In this document: positions 25,946 through 39,700 of the stretch, piece after piece
Layout: each line of letters starts with the position of its first letter
Numbering within the stretch: the first letter of the stretch is position 1
NCBI RefSeq assembly: GCF_964204645.1
Contig: NC_134033.1
Location: forward strand, 16,314,655 to 16,378,654
Source: Tubulanus polymorphus
Lineage: Eukaryota; Animalia; Nemertea
DNA length: 64,000 nucleotides
Direction: 5' to 3'
The notes under the pieces: model-generated
What the model was told of the DNA's origin: nothing
What the model saw: the letters and a program-made list of their open reading frames with translations, nothing else
Database searches by the model: none
Position numbers and translations under genes: made by a program

Positions 25946-28900
25946 ATGTCATTGCTGATTATTAGCATTTTAGCTGTCGTCGATATGGCTACTGCTGCTG
26001 TTGCTGCTGCTGCTGCTGTTGCTGCTGTATTTCCTGCGATGATATTATTTGTTTCGTCGTTCGTCCAGACGTGTGAGTACCAGAAACAGTTTATGATTGT
26101 GATTGTGACCGAAGCGTTCTCGTTATTGATGATTTTATTGAATAATCTGACAATTGATGATATTGCACAATCTATTATTCACTCTGATAGTTTCGAGATC
26201 TATTCGAGGTCCATCTTCAGAGAAAGAGTAATTTTTAATGTCATTGCTGATTTCTGAATTTTTTGATAAATTTCAGATAAATCATCATCAATTGTAGGAT
26301 CTGTTGTTCGTTTGTTTTCCCTCAACCTCGCGTCCAATTAGTACAGTTTTTGTTCATTAGTTCTCAAGAGGGATCTTTTGCATAAAATTGATTTCCTAAG
26401 AGATCTATGTTCTCTGGGCCCACAGTTGTACAGCCATGACCTTTATCCAAGTGGTTTAAATCATAGACTGGTCTTTATAGAAGTCAGACTGGTCTTAAGT
26501 TGTTAGATTGGTTATAAAACCAAAATGAGCTTAGACTGATCTTAAGTTTTTAGATTGGTTACATTACCAAAATGAGCTTAGACTGACCTTAAGTTGTAAG
26601 ATCGGCTACTAAGTCGGGCTAGACTGGTCTTAAGTTGTTAGAATGCCTATAAAACTGAGATGTGCATAGACTGGTCCGTAATCTAAGTAATTACTGTGCA
26701 TTCGATGGACCAGATCTATATAATTCAACACAATGTCTTATTGATTTCTCTACGGACTAGTCTTTAGTCAACGCCATGATTATGGAACCGACCTCTGATC
26801 TTAGGTTGTTAGCAATATACTTAGACTGGTCTTAAGTTATGATATTCCTCATCGATTTTACAACAGGTCACTGTAGATCTTTGGTCGCTTCGTGGACGAT
26901 GAACAATTACACCAAAGCGTTCGACGTATCGGGAAACAAACTAGACGGAATCGGCTCTGGAAACATCGCCGCCGACCCGAATCCTGGTCCGAACGGACGC
27001 CCGTTTACGTCGTATCAATTCGATGCTTCGAACCCCGATGGATACGTCAGAATTCCGGCTCACCCGCTACTGAATTTCACCGGACGTAGTTTCACCCTGG
27101 CGGCCATATTGAAAAGGAACGACCCGAAAAGCTTCTTCGCAGCGGATGTTATCAACTGGAACTGCTCTAGCGCTCTTGACACGTCTGGTTTCAAGTATTA
27201 TTTCGGTCAATTAAAGATGTTCTTATGCGCGGCCAACGATGCTAATTGTAATAAGGATTTGAAGATGAAGCCGAAACTGGATGAATGGCAAACGGCTGTA
27301 ATGAGTGTCGACGCTATGTCTGGTGCTGCCAACATGTGGCTGGATGGGGAACTGAAAACAACACTGAAAACAAATGCTTACGTATTCGACGGAGATATCT
27401 ATATAGGAGGGTAAGACAAATTTGAATAAAAATATCGTTTTTCTTTAAATCTTAGAATAGGGATTTACCCTGTGAGATTTCGTGTGATTCGTTTTGATTT
27501 GAAGTCCCTTAGGAAACCCACCACACATGCCGGGAGCGGAAACAGGAGGTTTGATTTTGAAATTGGAAATCGAAAAGTTTTGTGATTTATTAGTTTAAAT
27601 CGAAGTACATTAATTTCGGTTCCGGTTCTTCCAAACAATCATTTAACTGTCACGTAAATTACATATTACATATATAGGCCACATAGCCCATTTCATATAG
27701 AGGCGGCCATATTGGATTTTTCCCAAGAATTGCGAAACGTGGGTGATTTAAACCTGACCCCTTGTCTGAGCCAGATTGTCTGAGGAGTGCAGGGTACAGA
27801 CAGCAGATTGTCTGACGGGCTGCAGGGTATAGACAGCAGATTGTCTGACGGGCTGCAGGGTATAGACAGCAGATTGTCTGACGGGCTGCAGGGTATAAAC
27901 AGCAGATTGTCTGAGGGGTGCAGGGTATAAACAGCAGATTGTCTGAGGGGGTGCAGGATACAGACAGCAGATTGTCTGAGGGGCTGCAGGGTACAGACAG
28001 CAGATTGTCTGAGGGGGTGCAGGATACAGACAGCAGATTGTCTGAGGGGCTGCAGGGTACAGACAGCAGATTGTCTGAGGGGCTGCAGGGTACAGACAGC
28101 AGATTGTCTGACGGGCTGCAGGGTACAGACAGCAGATTGTCTGAGGGGTGCAGGGTACAGACAGCAGATTGTCTGACGGGCTGCAGGGTACAGACAGCAG
28201 ATTGTCTGAGGGGTGCAGGGTACAGACGGCAGATTGTCTGTGAGGGTACAGTGTACAGATAGTAGATTGATAGTTCACATGAATCCTTAAGCGCCAGTGG
28301 TAAATCGCTATCCACGACCCTCGGTGGTTGACGCGACCATTCCGATGTTTAGTATACACAGAACGCCGTAGACTGGGTGAAATGAATACCTAGTACTCAT
28401 CCACACCTATATCTGAAAACAAGAAAAAAAACAAGTTTCATACTAGAATTCGGTCAAACAATAGCCGATACGTATCGTATTTTTACAGGTAAAGGGACAT
28501 CGAGTGCCTCCACGCTGAGAGTTTTCCCAATAATTACAACTAGAACCGCAATATCGTCTCTCCCTCCTCCTCCCCTCCCCCGACACTAGATTTTCTATTA
28601 CAATTAACAAGTTTGTGAATTATTGATAGATCATTGTGTTCTTCCATAAGACGTTGGTAAATAAAATCATAATTGAATATCGTTCGTATTGCGAGTGAAG
28701 CGGGTTTTCGATGACCAATTCTCCGACCGAACGCGTGGATCCTTTTTTTCCTACGTTTGCAATTCGAAACCAGTTTTCATTATGTATTTATCGTATTTAT
28801 ACACGAACATATCGACGACGAGCAGATGTTTTCCTCAGTTAAGATATGACAAGAAAGTTTTGAAGGTTAATTATCCGTTGGTTAAGTTATACGGACTTTT

Positions 28901-30032
28901 AAGCAGCTGATCCTTTCAGGAGTGTAAAGACTGAAGACTCATCGTCGAAAAAAATGAATTAATGCTGAAACTGCTTTATTTCAGCTGTCCACGACGTCCA
29001 AACGAGCAATTCAAAGGTTCTATCAGCTCCATCCAGATTTACGATTTTCCTTTTGATGAAATCGATGCCAAACAATGGAGACACGCCCATATTCTCAGTA
29101 GTAAGTGTCTGTCGAGCTAATTTTCAAGTAGATGGCAATGAATCGTTCCATGTTTTGATCGTTACACCATTAGCGAAAGCTATACAACAAGAAAAATGAC
29201 TTGATTAAATGTTTATTGACGTCTTGAAAAACAGCACAAATATTGCTAAATTCTGGTGACAATAAAAAAGATGATGATGATAATTATATACACATGTAAT
29301 ATAAAGGATCTATAAAGTTATTTATGATTTGAATATATTAATAATTGAATTGAACTGTCCGCCAACCAGTCTAACCCCGATATATCGATGGCGTAGCACA
29401 CATCCTCTCAAAAATGATTATCAAAATTCATCAATAACTAAATAAGACTTATTAAATATATTTTAGCTGCAAAATAAATGAGAAATTCACAATTGTAACT
29501 GTTATTTTGAAACGTCAATATTGATGACGTAGTCCACATCGACTCACACAGAACGCCTCATATAAAGTATACTAGGTATCAAAAGATTATTGTTACAGGT
29601 TTAACGGCGCCAAGAATCTCTGTAAAAAAATCAATATGTAACAGATGTAAAGAATTTCGATATTTTATCACAGATTCAAATTTCCAGCTGTAACGAAGAT
29701 TAGATTAAGTCCTTCATCTTTGGATCTAATCTTATCTATAGATTGTTTTTTTTTTCAACATTTCAGCGATTACTTATACAAAAGAAGTTCAATTTCGATT
29801 AGTACCAAGCACCGTCGAGCTGAAAACGTTGTCTTCGCTCTATTTCACAACCGGCACATTCAGTCGATTAGAGTGCGCGCGCGCCTGCGCGAACGACATC
29901 GTCTGCCTCGCGTTCGTCGTAACGTCTCGTTCACAATGTGATCTAACCGCCGAGGTTCCCGATATGACTTTTGAAACGCAACGAACCGCGGCGTCACCGA
30001 CAACTAAAGTTTATGTGAAATATTATCTATAA
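25946..30032 (+). CDS. Secreted LamG/pentraxin-like (ConA-like lectin fold) protein with a C-terminal PAN/apple domain
   Basis: Exons 25946-26072, 26867-27410, 28985-29100 and 29767-30032 are phase-compatible. LamG_3 hallmarks: LVASW..D.SGN.LDG, SFTLAA, W..A.MS.D....MWLDG, IYIGG..FKGSISSIQIYD. PAN motif SRLECARACANDIVCLAF...CDL. The start Met is ambiguous (three candidate ATGs). Confidence 0.75.
27775..28245. repeat. 32-33-bp minisatellite (gggctgcagggtacagacagcagattgtctgac) in an intron
   Basis: About 14 near-identical units; generates the repetitive ORFs 27659-28359. Confidence 0.9.
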
Positions 30033-31649
30033 ACGGCCGATGAGTGATTTGGCGTGTAAACGCGCTCTCTCTATCCGCTGTCTAATTAGACATGGGCCGA
30101 ATTTGACTTTTTCGTGCAAATTTGGCGATGGGAAAATCGTCTTCGTGTGATCGTAGCTTTTGCGTCAGCAAGTCACGTCTGTGAATCAGCTGGTGCCAAT
30201 CAATCGGTGTGACATCTGCATTTTTTCTTATGACAGATAGGAACAGAAAATCTGCCGCCCTGTCGAGAAATAATGAAGAGCTATAGAAATAAAACAGAAT
30301 TTATTCAGTATCTAAACATGCTGTGAATCAACCATTGGTAAAACGCTACAGATTATATAGAATACCACACTAGCAACGATAGTATAACCGAAGATGAAGC
30401 CCAAAAAGTTTCCTTGAAGCTAATGATCTATCGATTTTTAGGATTAACTGTGTTGATCCTTATAGGATGGTTCTGGTAGTAACTTTCTGTTAGTTCTTGG
30501 TGGTAAAAATTGTAACCACTGGATATAAACAGCTGATATTTTGTCATATGGAGGTGGTGGAATTGAATATAACAAGTTTCGTCCATCAGCTCTAAGCCGT
30601 TCCGAAGTGCTGGGAGAAAATATGCAAAATTTCAATGAATTTTTTCCCCATTCTACTAATCGATGCTTGACCTAGTTTCATGACATCACAGAGAAAGCCC
30701 TTGACAAGGGCATCACTTGGAAATCCCCCTAGAAGAACTGTTCTCTACCATGGACTTGTGACTTATAGGGAAAACTTCCCATTACTATGTATACCATCAA
30801 AGTTGAACATGCTTGCTATAAAGTGCACCATGATTTCATCTATATCAGCTGTTCGTTATTGCAAATCCAAGAACAAATCGATTTTTGTGCTCAAAACTAA
30901 CACGTAGGGGGCCTACTCAGTTGATCATACTGGACCCATGGCCCTTTATTCCTGGGGAGATGACTATTAGGTCATAGTCGAAACGACGACGAATCAATAG
31001 ATTATTGGCTTTAACGAAAATTATCGATCTTCAACTTGTCTCATCTTTTTAGTATGGAATTCTCAATATAAGCCGTGACTCCATAGCATTCGACATAGTT
31101 ACTAGAGGATTTCACTGAATCTGGAAAATACTGACGTCAATTTACAATGAACTTTCGGATGAATTCAGCAATTTCAAAAATTAAAACCAAGTCACATTTC
31201 TGCAATGTGTAATCGTATCAATAGATTTGAGTGAAACTTGAAACAGCACCACGTGTAATTTACAATGAACCTTTCGAAGCATACTGTATGTCAGTATTTT
31301 CTAATGTCTCTAAGAAAATCTTGTCCGTTTTCCGATGCCACATTCAACACTGTAACATGTCGTATACGACAACAGTTCTCGGGCTCAGGCCCGAACTCCG
31401 AGATTACCATTTGTTAGTTCCCGTTGCATTTTGTATACGTTGTATCTAGGATCCATAGCTACATTTTGTAGAGAGAACTTTTTGAATTTCGAACCCGTTC
31501 CTCGATCAGTTGTGAGGTCATATTCAAGGTCATGTCGCTTGATTGAAAAAAAAACACCGGAACTGGGAATCACTCGGAATTGCCTACGTGTGATTATCTG
31601 TTGTATTTCTTTTACAGTGAATTACGTTTATTTACGATATTTTTCATCA

Positions 31650-32621
31650 TTAATCGCATATAACCGTCTGATCTACCGGCGCGTCTTTCGATCCTATCGA
31701 ATAACGCCACATGCTTAACATCGTTCTACCGAATTTGAGACTTTCGGTCACAATACCATCAATACATGTTCGAACGACGAACGGAAAGTGTCCGTGTAAC
31801 GCCGTACAGTCGGTATGTACGACCATCAGCTTGTGAAACGTCCTGTGCGACACGTGAAGAGATGTACATTTCTTGTCGATATCTCCGTAACGATCTAGTA
31901 ATACTTTTCTCCACTTGCGAGGCGCCGGTAACATCATTCCCATAAAAGGAACTTTAACGAGTGGGAAAATATCGGAGTCGTCCCTTCGTACCCACGGCTG
32001 AAATGTAATATCCATTGTATACGTATGCCTGTGTACGTAAGGCCATATATCGATTAATGGCCAACGTGTATTTGAAAAGGACAATTTCCACGGATGTCTA
32101 TACCGCGTTCTTATCGCATAGTCCTTCACTTGAGAATCGTTTTTGAGAAACAACTCGCGAATTTTCGAAAGATCTCGCACCGGCATCTGAACGTCGAAAT
32201 CGTCGTCCCAGGGCACCGGTCCGTGGTGACGATAGGCGCCGATCAACGAACCGGAAAACAGAAAATACTTGATATTCAATCTGCGCATCAACGCATCGAA
32301 CTGTCTCACCAGTAATCTGTATTGCGCTTTATCTTTCGGTCTTAACTCGCTTTGAATGAACGCGAACCTCTGAAAAGCGGTCATACCGTAACTACTTCGT
32401 TTGTAAATCCGATTTCGCTGATGAAATTCGTAATAACTGTTGATCGTCGCGTTAGCTCGGCCCGCGGCGGTGGCGGTTCCTATCTCGTCCGGTCCGATAA
32501 CGCGCCGTAGCCGCCGTCGAGAGTAACCGGCATTCTCCCACGAAATCGGTCGAAAAATCGCGATGAAAACAGCAACGACGCAGATAACGAATAAAAAGAT
32601 CTTTTTTAGATATGAAATCAT
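31650..32621 (-). CDS. LicD / fukutin-related nucleotidyltransferase-fold protein (type II membrane, intronless CDS)
   Basis: N-terminal TM segment; YFLFSGSLIGAYRHHGPVPWDDDFDV, WPLIDIWP, IFPLVKVPFMG..LPAP, L..RYG. Confidence 0.9.
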   Translation of the reverse strand: MISYLKKIFLFVICVVAVFIAIFRPISWENAGYSRRRLRRVIGPDEIGTATAAGRANATINSYYEFHQRNRIYKRSSYGMTAFQRFAFIQSELRPKDKAQYRLLVRQFDALMRRLNIKYFLFSGSLIGAYRHHGPVPWDDDFDVQMPVRDLSKIRELFLKNDSQVKDYAIRTRYRHPWKLSFSNTRWPLIDIWPYVHRHTYTMDITFQPWVRRDDSDIFPLVKVPFMGMMLPAPRKWRKVLLDRYGDIDKKCTSLHVSHRTFHKLMVVHTDCTALHGHFPFVVRTCIDGIVTESLKFGRTMLSMWRYSIGSKDAPVDQTVICD

Positions 32622-33031
32622 GCTGTTATTGCGTCTTCGCCATCAAGCGCGCGGTTTCAATCTGTGATTGCGTGCGTGCACGTTATCCGTTCGGGTGACA
32701 GATTGCGACGTCTGCGAAAATCTCAATAGACACCACAATGAAACACTAAGTCGCGTTGGGGTAACATATTATGATCTCCCACACTAAGAAAAAAAGAATC
32801 CGAATTTGTTTTGAGTTATTTGTTTGTCAGTTCCGTATATACGAAGTTTGTTCCCGTTTTCTAACTGTTTTATGCTGTAAATATAACCCCTAGTTTCTTT
32901 TAGTCTAAGTTTATGCCTTATGTTATGCACAATCAAGTTTAAAGCAAACATAAGCATATATACATTTAAAACAAATAAACATAGTAGTAGGGACAAAGGA
33001 CAATACATTTTATCAGAAGCAAATCAAAATA

Positions 33032-33209
33032 CAGTCGACCCCCGATATACCGCCCTCCCATGTACCGCCACCCCCGCCTACCACCAGGTTTTCCCAATGA
33101 ACATCTCAATACAAATACATAGTAAAACACCTTCGATATACCGCCATACCCTCTCTCTACCGCCAAACTCGTCCTGTACCTATGTGGGTGGAATATCGGC
33201 GGCTTACTG
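33032..33209. mobile_element. TA-flanked pogo/Tigger-like MITE
   Basis: ta|cagtcgacccccgatat ... atatcggcggcttactg|ta. Confidence 0.6.
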
Positions 33210-34364
33210 TATTTATATTGTATGGTGTAGTTTTTTAGATAAATTGAGCGATTTAACAATTTATTTCCGAAATATTTGAACAATGGTTCGAATCTTTCCA
33301 TAATTCGGAGCATGTAGAAAACTGGTTTTATGTATTTTCGTCTGAGGTCGGAAAAATGTGTCGAAAACTACGTTGCGTTCATCACCGACTTAATCACTCT
33401 AGCATTCATCACATAAACGTTTGTATCAGTCTCACTTCTGGACTATAAACTCTCATCATTTTTGGTTACGACGCTATTATTTCCTAAGATTACTATTTAT
33501 ACGATAAAGTTATATTGTGTTATTGATTGCTTATAGTTTGTCTCTCCGTTCCGCATTTTGTAAATATCTCATAATTTTGATGATGGCTTTATGATAATGT
33601 CGAAACTTTCAAATACACTTCTAGCTCAATGAAATATTTCGAAAATTTTATTCTTTTGGAGTGAGATTTTGTAGTGAGTTAACTCCGAACTCGGGATCCA
33701 GTTACACAGTTGTGAGTATGGGGTTAGAGTTAAATCTGAATTGAAATCTGTTCAATTTCACAACTAAAATCTGACCGGTCTCACAAGTAAGATTTAACCA
33801 AATTCAACATTTGATTTTCTTGAGTTGAATGTTAACTCACAACTTTGGAACGAGGCTGGCTTTGTTAACTTTAATCCGGGGCATCAACTGGGTATGCTCC
33901 CGGGTTTAAGTTAACGTCCGTCTTTAAAACCAGTCGCTGCTATGAAATGCTGCCACAGAAAAAAACTTATTTAAATGTATATCTTGCATTCAATATGAAG
34001 GGGACATTCCCTTCACGTGGCTCAACCGCTCGCCGTACTACGTCATATCACGTGATGCGCAGAAGATCTACCATCGTAGAGTTCGGCCGCTTCTAATTTG
34101 AAAAATTTTCCATCGAAAATGTTTGCAGACACCTATTTCGAGTAACGAGACTAAGTTTTATATTTCGAATCTAAAAATAAAGAGATGCCTTTAATTAAGA
34201 ATAACAGGCACATTCAACAGGTTTTTTCCATTAAACTTAAAATCGTTTTTCTGAAAATCAATTCCGTTTGTTGTCCTTGAGCTTTTAACGTGGAATTATG
34301 TATTGTCTTTACGTTGAGGTTTGAATTTTGAAATGCAGCGTCGTTGATAATAATTAACAGCCGC

Positions 34365-36160
34365 TCACGACCACTCCGAACCGTAAGTCGGAGGCGTCCA
34401 ACGTTGGTAACCGGCATTCAGTTTACATACTGCCGGAGGCCTCCAATATCGGTCATAATTGGATATGTGACGCCCTTTATGGGGATCTTCCGCGTGGGCC
34501 AGCATGCATAGACGGCACCAGAATAAATGTCTGTTGATCACTGTTCCGGTTCCTTTCCATCGGAAATACGAATTATACAGATCGTCGTTTTTGTCTAAAA
34601 TGTGCAGATATTCGGCGAGTTGTTTCGGCGACTCGAAATCGTCAACGTGTATGAACGAGTGCGGTGGAGCCACCCTCTTGTAGTCGTCTTTATGAGCGCC
34701 GTATACAATAGGTAAAACATTGCGACTGAAATACACAGAAAAACAAACATTGAAGTCTTTAGAATCGACACGAATTCGACGAAGACGTTTAATTAAATCA
34801 ACAAACTAACAGCCCCGTACGGGTTGGGAGGGGCGGAATACGTCCTGGGGAACCTCCTTACTGCTCTGGTGACCCCGTACAAATACGGAACCCCCTTTAA
34901 GCTGGGGTCACCCCAGACAAATAGGTCCCGAGAACCACCTTTACAGCGGTAGTGACCCGAGGAATGTGAATGAATTACTTACGACAAACCGTTCTCGAAG
35001 AATTTCTCCGTGATATACTCTCTACAATTAGAATTCTCGAAGGCGAGATAGAATTTATATTTCGCGTCCAACAAGTCTAAACATCTCTCCATCTCGTTGA
35101 CGGGACACTTGAACGGTCCGCACATGCCGTACACGTCCACGTCGATGTGTTTAGACAATTCTTTCGCCAGTTTGCGTCGATCGTTTTTCTCGTTGCAATT
35201 CGACACGAACCAGGCAACTTTCTTCGTTTTGCCCGACGCGTAATTCCTGTTCGGGATCTTAAAACGAACCGATTCGTTGAATCGTACGAACAGCCCGTAC
35301 GGAATCGGAATCGTCGAATCCCGCCGATAATTCGACGTCCAGTTTAAACTCGACTGATACCCGGTTTTATTGTGTAACGGCGTGTGGACCGGCGACTCAA
35401 TCGTGAACATCACTCGTACCTGATGCGCCGGTCTGGGACCCGTCGGCTCGGGGGTACCCGTACCGATCACGTGACGTTCGATCACTATGACGTCAGCGGT
35501 ACCGGCCTTCGACCGGTCGTCGGTGATGTTGCACATGTTCACCGGACAGTCGTCGCGTAGGAATATCTTCTCGCCCGGTTTGCTGAACGTGTTGCTGTAT
35601 TTTTTGAATCCGCCCCACTGTAGAATAGTCTTCAGTTTACGCTTGCCGTTATTCGCCCTTTCAATCGCTTGCCGGGGTACGTGCTGAAGTTGAGCCGTCA
35701 GTCTGATATCGTGGTCCATTTCGGGCCATATCGCCGAGGCGTCGGAAAGCGGTATGAGACCTTCGTTTTTCACGAAATTCACAGCGTGTCGTCGAAGATA
35801 CGATTCGGTATCGATTTCGACGCTCGCGCCGCTTTTCCTCGCAGCCCGTCGGCGTAGGTTCGATTCCCGATTTTCAGCTGTTTCGACGCCCGTTTTCGCG
35901 ACGTTTTTATCCACGACTACCGCCGTACGGTTGCGAATCGTAAAATATCGCGCCTCGTCCTTCCGCGCGGCCGTCGTTAACGATCCGTATTTCGACGTCC
36001 GTAGATTTCTGAATTGTTCGTTCTCGGTGCGCAGTCGGTGGGCGTTCAATCCGCAGACGATCACGATAAATCCGGCCAGAATCATGAACAGATATCGATA
36101 ATTTTTTAACGACGATAACTTCAAGAAATTCCCCGCTTCCGATAAATTCATAGCGCGCAT
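34365..36160 (-). CDS. Alpha-1,3/4-fucosyltransferase (glycosyltransferase family 10), two exons
   Basis: Exons 34983-36160 and 34365-34725 (phase 2). TM anchor; ESP, NWTSNYRRDS, AWFVSNC, YKFYLAFENSNCREYITEKF, PIVYG...PPHSFIHVDDF..PKQLAEYL...Y..YF.W. Confidence 0.93.
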
Positions 36161-36600
36161 ATCCCTGAACTAGATATACAGAAATAGGCCTAAATCACTT
36201 CGAATAATCGAAAACGCCTGTGCCCGTACACGTCATAAAAGTTTTTGTTCTGTTAGGGCCGCGAGCCGGACACAGTACATATGTCATTACGACTCACCTA
36301 TGCGCGTTAGAGACAATAGCGCGGGCGGTCAGCGGACCGTGCAATCAATACCGCGATCTGCCAGAACGAGCGTTAAATATAGACCAAATATAATTAGCCG
36401 CGGTTTGTACGGTTGATTATTTATTCGTATATGAGCCGTGTGTTATTGGGTGTCGACTGGGACGAATTAGTACTTTAATGGTTTACTATTGTATTTGACG
36501 CGCGAGCTTTCGCTACTAGTTAGTGAATAGGTACAGCTTCACCAGATTAGTTGCATAATGGCAACCATTACATTTTTATTGTGTAAGATTGATATGGAAC

Positions 36601-36865
36601 CAACCTCGCTTGCCAGGGGTCCGGTATCACTCCCGAACTCGCCTCCCCCAGCCCCCTGGCCTCACGACGCGTGATTTCATTACTGGCGCTGTTGCGCATG
36701 ACGTCACATATCGATTTGCGAAATACTTCCTTGTTCGGTAAAACGTTCGCTGATTGGTCCATTTAAAGGGAAAACCAACAGAAGTCTACTGTCGTTTGTT
36801 ACAAGCGATTTGATTGGTACAACCGGATTCTGGTCGGCGGTAACGACTCGTGAGGTCAAGGGGTG
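36601..36865. mobile_element. ~265-bp dispersed repeat; inverted copy at ~46588-46858
   Basis: cctcgcttgccaggggtc...gactcgtgaggtcaagggg is present in both places with few differences. Confidence 0.75.
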
Positions 36866-37544
36866 CGGGGAACAGTGCCCTTGCTGAAGCGGCTGCTGCT
36901 AGATCTCCGTCACTTACAACACTGATATCGTGTACTAATTATTGAAACTGATTTTGTCAATGCAGATATTTCTGTGGACAATGAAATTATCACTAGCTAT
37001 CCATCTACGAATCTTTGATTGCGTTTTGATTGTCTTCAGCGGCCAATGGCTACTGAATTGGCGATAGTTAATGATTGTAATTAAGTATTGCTAATGGTAA
37101 TAATGGACAATTCAAAATCCATAAGCCTAAAGATCCGTATTGACATTTTCTTATTGGTTTTACCTGATATACACACGCAGAGGACCATTGATACAACACT
37201 ATATCCGTGTTGTGACGATATAATATCAAAATAATCCTACAAAATATGATTCGATATTTAACGGTGTGTCAGTTTTACATCCAATTCCAAAACGTTAGTA
37301 TAATCACTATCCACAGGTTTTACAGTTGTTTGTCATAACCCTGCTGACGCTGTGTATTGATTGTCCTGTCGCCCTCCCTATGAATATTGTTGTCTCTGTA
37401 ATCACTTTTAATCAACTGCAATGACCGGCAACACTAGCCATCCTTGGCATCAGATGATGGGACGCCGAGCTCTGGGTTGTTCGTTGCCAAAAATTGCCAA
37501 ATTCATTTTCGACTGGATTTTTTCTACTCCCGAATGTTATCACA

Positions 37545-37755
37545 ACACCCACCAGATATACAATACTTTCATTGTTCTACCCAGATTTCGGTATAGTTTT
37601 CATAAATAGCTGATTCATTCAAGAGAAGAGCTCATTCGAATTTAATTAAAATGTAGAAATCGAATGCGAACGACCGACTATCTACTAGCGACCTAGGCGG
37701 ATCCTCGCCTGCCATACGTGGAATCCTCGATTGCCACAGCAGCACTGCAGGTACG
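37545..37755. repeat. Dispersed repeat; inverted copy inside intron 3 of gene A1 (~40414-40623)
   Basis: cacccacca.atatacaatactttc ... gaatcctcgattgccacag.ag.actgc.ggtac on opposite strands. Confidence 0.7.
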
Positions 37756-39569
37756 CCATTGAAAGAAAACGTTCCATACATAGATCTTTTCGTTGCCAGG
37801 CGCAATGCATGCTCCCCTACCGTTCACTCGTTCACCTGATGAACCTACTCAATGCATTTGCAGCAAAAGCTCATAATTTTAGATAAAATCAATGTCTACT
37901 GATGAGTGAAACTCTTCGAGTCCGTTTATAACTATCAACATCTCACGATGCAAAAGAAAAACGAGTCCGAAATGTTTCCGGCCTGGAGATGACTTTCAGG
38001 ATAAAGGCGAAACGGTGATCATTGGCCATATCTCAAAACCAGATTCACCTCCTTACAGAATACGATTATCAGGATCCAGTTCCACAGTTGTGAGTTAAAT
38101 TTGACTCGGAGTAAACTCATTGAAAATGAATTGAGTGAAACTCAGAGTTAACTCTAACTCGTATACGTAACTGTGGAACTGCGCCCAGACGATTTATGAG
38201 CACGGTACTCGCGCCGCATCGCAGAGGTGAAGGTCATTCGCTCTAATGTAGGATTTAGGATTTAAATATGAACAGTTGGAGAGATTCTGTGAATATTTAC
38301 GTGTATGTTGTTAATGGTGTGATTAGGCGGTTAATTTATCATATAGACTTATTTATGTGAATATTCTATCATCGGTGATCGAAATAAGTAAAGGCGTTTT
38401 TATGCAGGTTGATATGTGTACATTCTGCAACCTGCTCTCAATCATAATATTCAAAAAGCGGTTAATCCATCATATAGATAGACTGATATATGCTGAATGC
38501 TGTGTCGTTATTGGTCGAAGTAAAGTAAGTGAACGAGGTCCCTGGATGCTCGCATACAGGTCGATGTTTGTACTGCTTCAGCCTATAGAAGCTCAATCAG
38601 AACATTCGTTCAATCTAGATAAATAAACAAGAAGCCCAAGATATTTTTAAGATTTTATGGAAGCGATCCATATCGTCACAACCTGATTGGTATTTCACCA
38701 GCGCCGAAATAGTTCAAAGCGGTCAAAAATACTCATCAGATTCCCAATTCATCCCGATGGGAGGGTGAAGAATTTTTACAATACGGTTTAGTTCAACCTC
38801 CCTCGGCTGGGATTCGAGACCACAATAGTTTGAAATCGTGGCGGTGTCTGAGTTTACAGGAAGGTTTTCAATTCCTGCTGATGGAGGTTGGGTGTAATGG
38901 TTGGGTGAAGTTATTGACGTGAATGATGTCTTCTAACTTTTACTCTCAGAGTATTCAAGGTATCATATTGATGAAAATCTATTCTATAAAGACGTTTTGC
39001 ACAGTGTATCTAAAGCTTATCAAAGTTGTGTCTTAAATGAGGCAATGTTGTCAAATTTCCCCTAGCCGGAAAGTTAGACTGTTTAAGGAATAGCCACAGG
39101 TAAGGACTCTTAAAAAGGTCAGCGATTTAAATAGTTTTAATACTCTACCGTCGTCAGGTTGTGCAAAAATATAATTTTCCTTATGATTGAATATGAATTC
39201 GAATATGATTTCCCTTGTGATATTTATTTTTGACAAATCTGTGGCGAGTGTTTTGTGCAATGCAATGAAATATCAATTGAATCGCAGTGCATTGTATACA
39301 CGCTAAATTAAATGTTAATGAGTGTCAGTGTGATTATTCAGCATGAAACTAAATCACCCCTCCCGCCCAATATGAAACAAATATGGCTTAAAATATAAGT
39401 ATTGAATATATGATCTTTGTCCATTGTTGATGATTAATTTCATATTTACGTACACTTATTATAGCAGAATTCGATGAAATACAGGGTGCCAGATTCACGA
39501 TATCTGTCGGAAGATTTGAACATTTGAACATGCAATTTACGATTATATTTTCATTATTTGACGTTATCC

Positions 39570-39700
39570 ACTTCTGAAACTGATAAATAGTTATACTGAT
39601 AAACGACGATCACTAATACGAGATATTGCTATAAAATCAGAGCTTTCAAATGCATTCGAATCGTTGTTAACCTCAACACCGACTTCGTCCAGCAAAACAG
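39570..39700 (+). promoter_or_regulatory. Conserved core promoter and non-coding exon 1 of family A (TGATAA boxes, TATAAAA at 39630-39636); homologous blocks at ~43655-43786 (+), ~48660-48790 (-), ~50950-51078 (+)
   Basis: Near-identical ~130-bp block upstream of all four paralogues, ending in the donor aaacag|gtaa. Confidence 0.8.

Noticed and set aside
27659-28359. Cys-rich repetitive ORFs (also 24869-25154 and 15724-16077)
   Set aside because: Translations of intronic or intergenic minisatellites that are open in several frames
30430-30910. Coding-like stretch between the LamG and LicD genes
   Set aside because: Multiple stop codons in all frames and no recognisable motif
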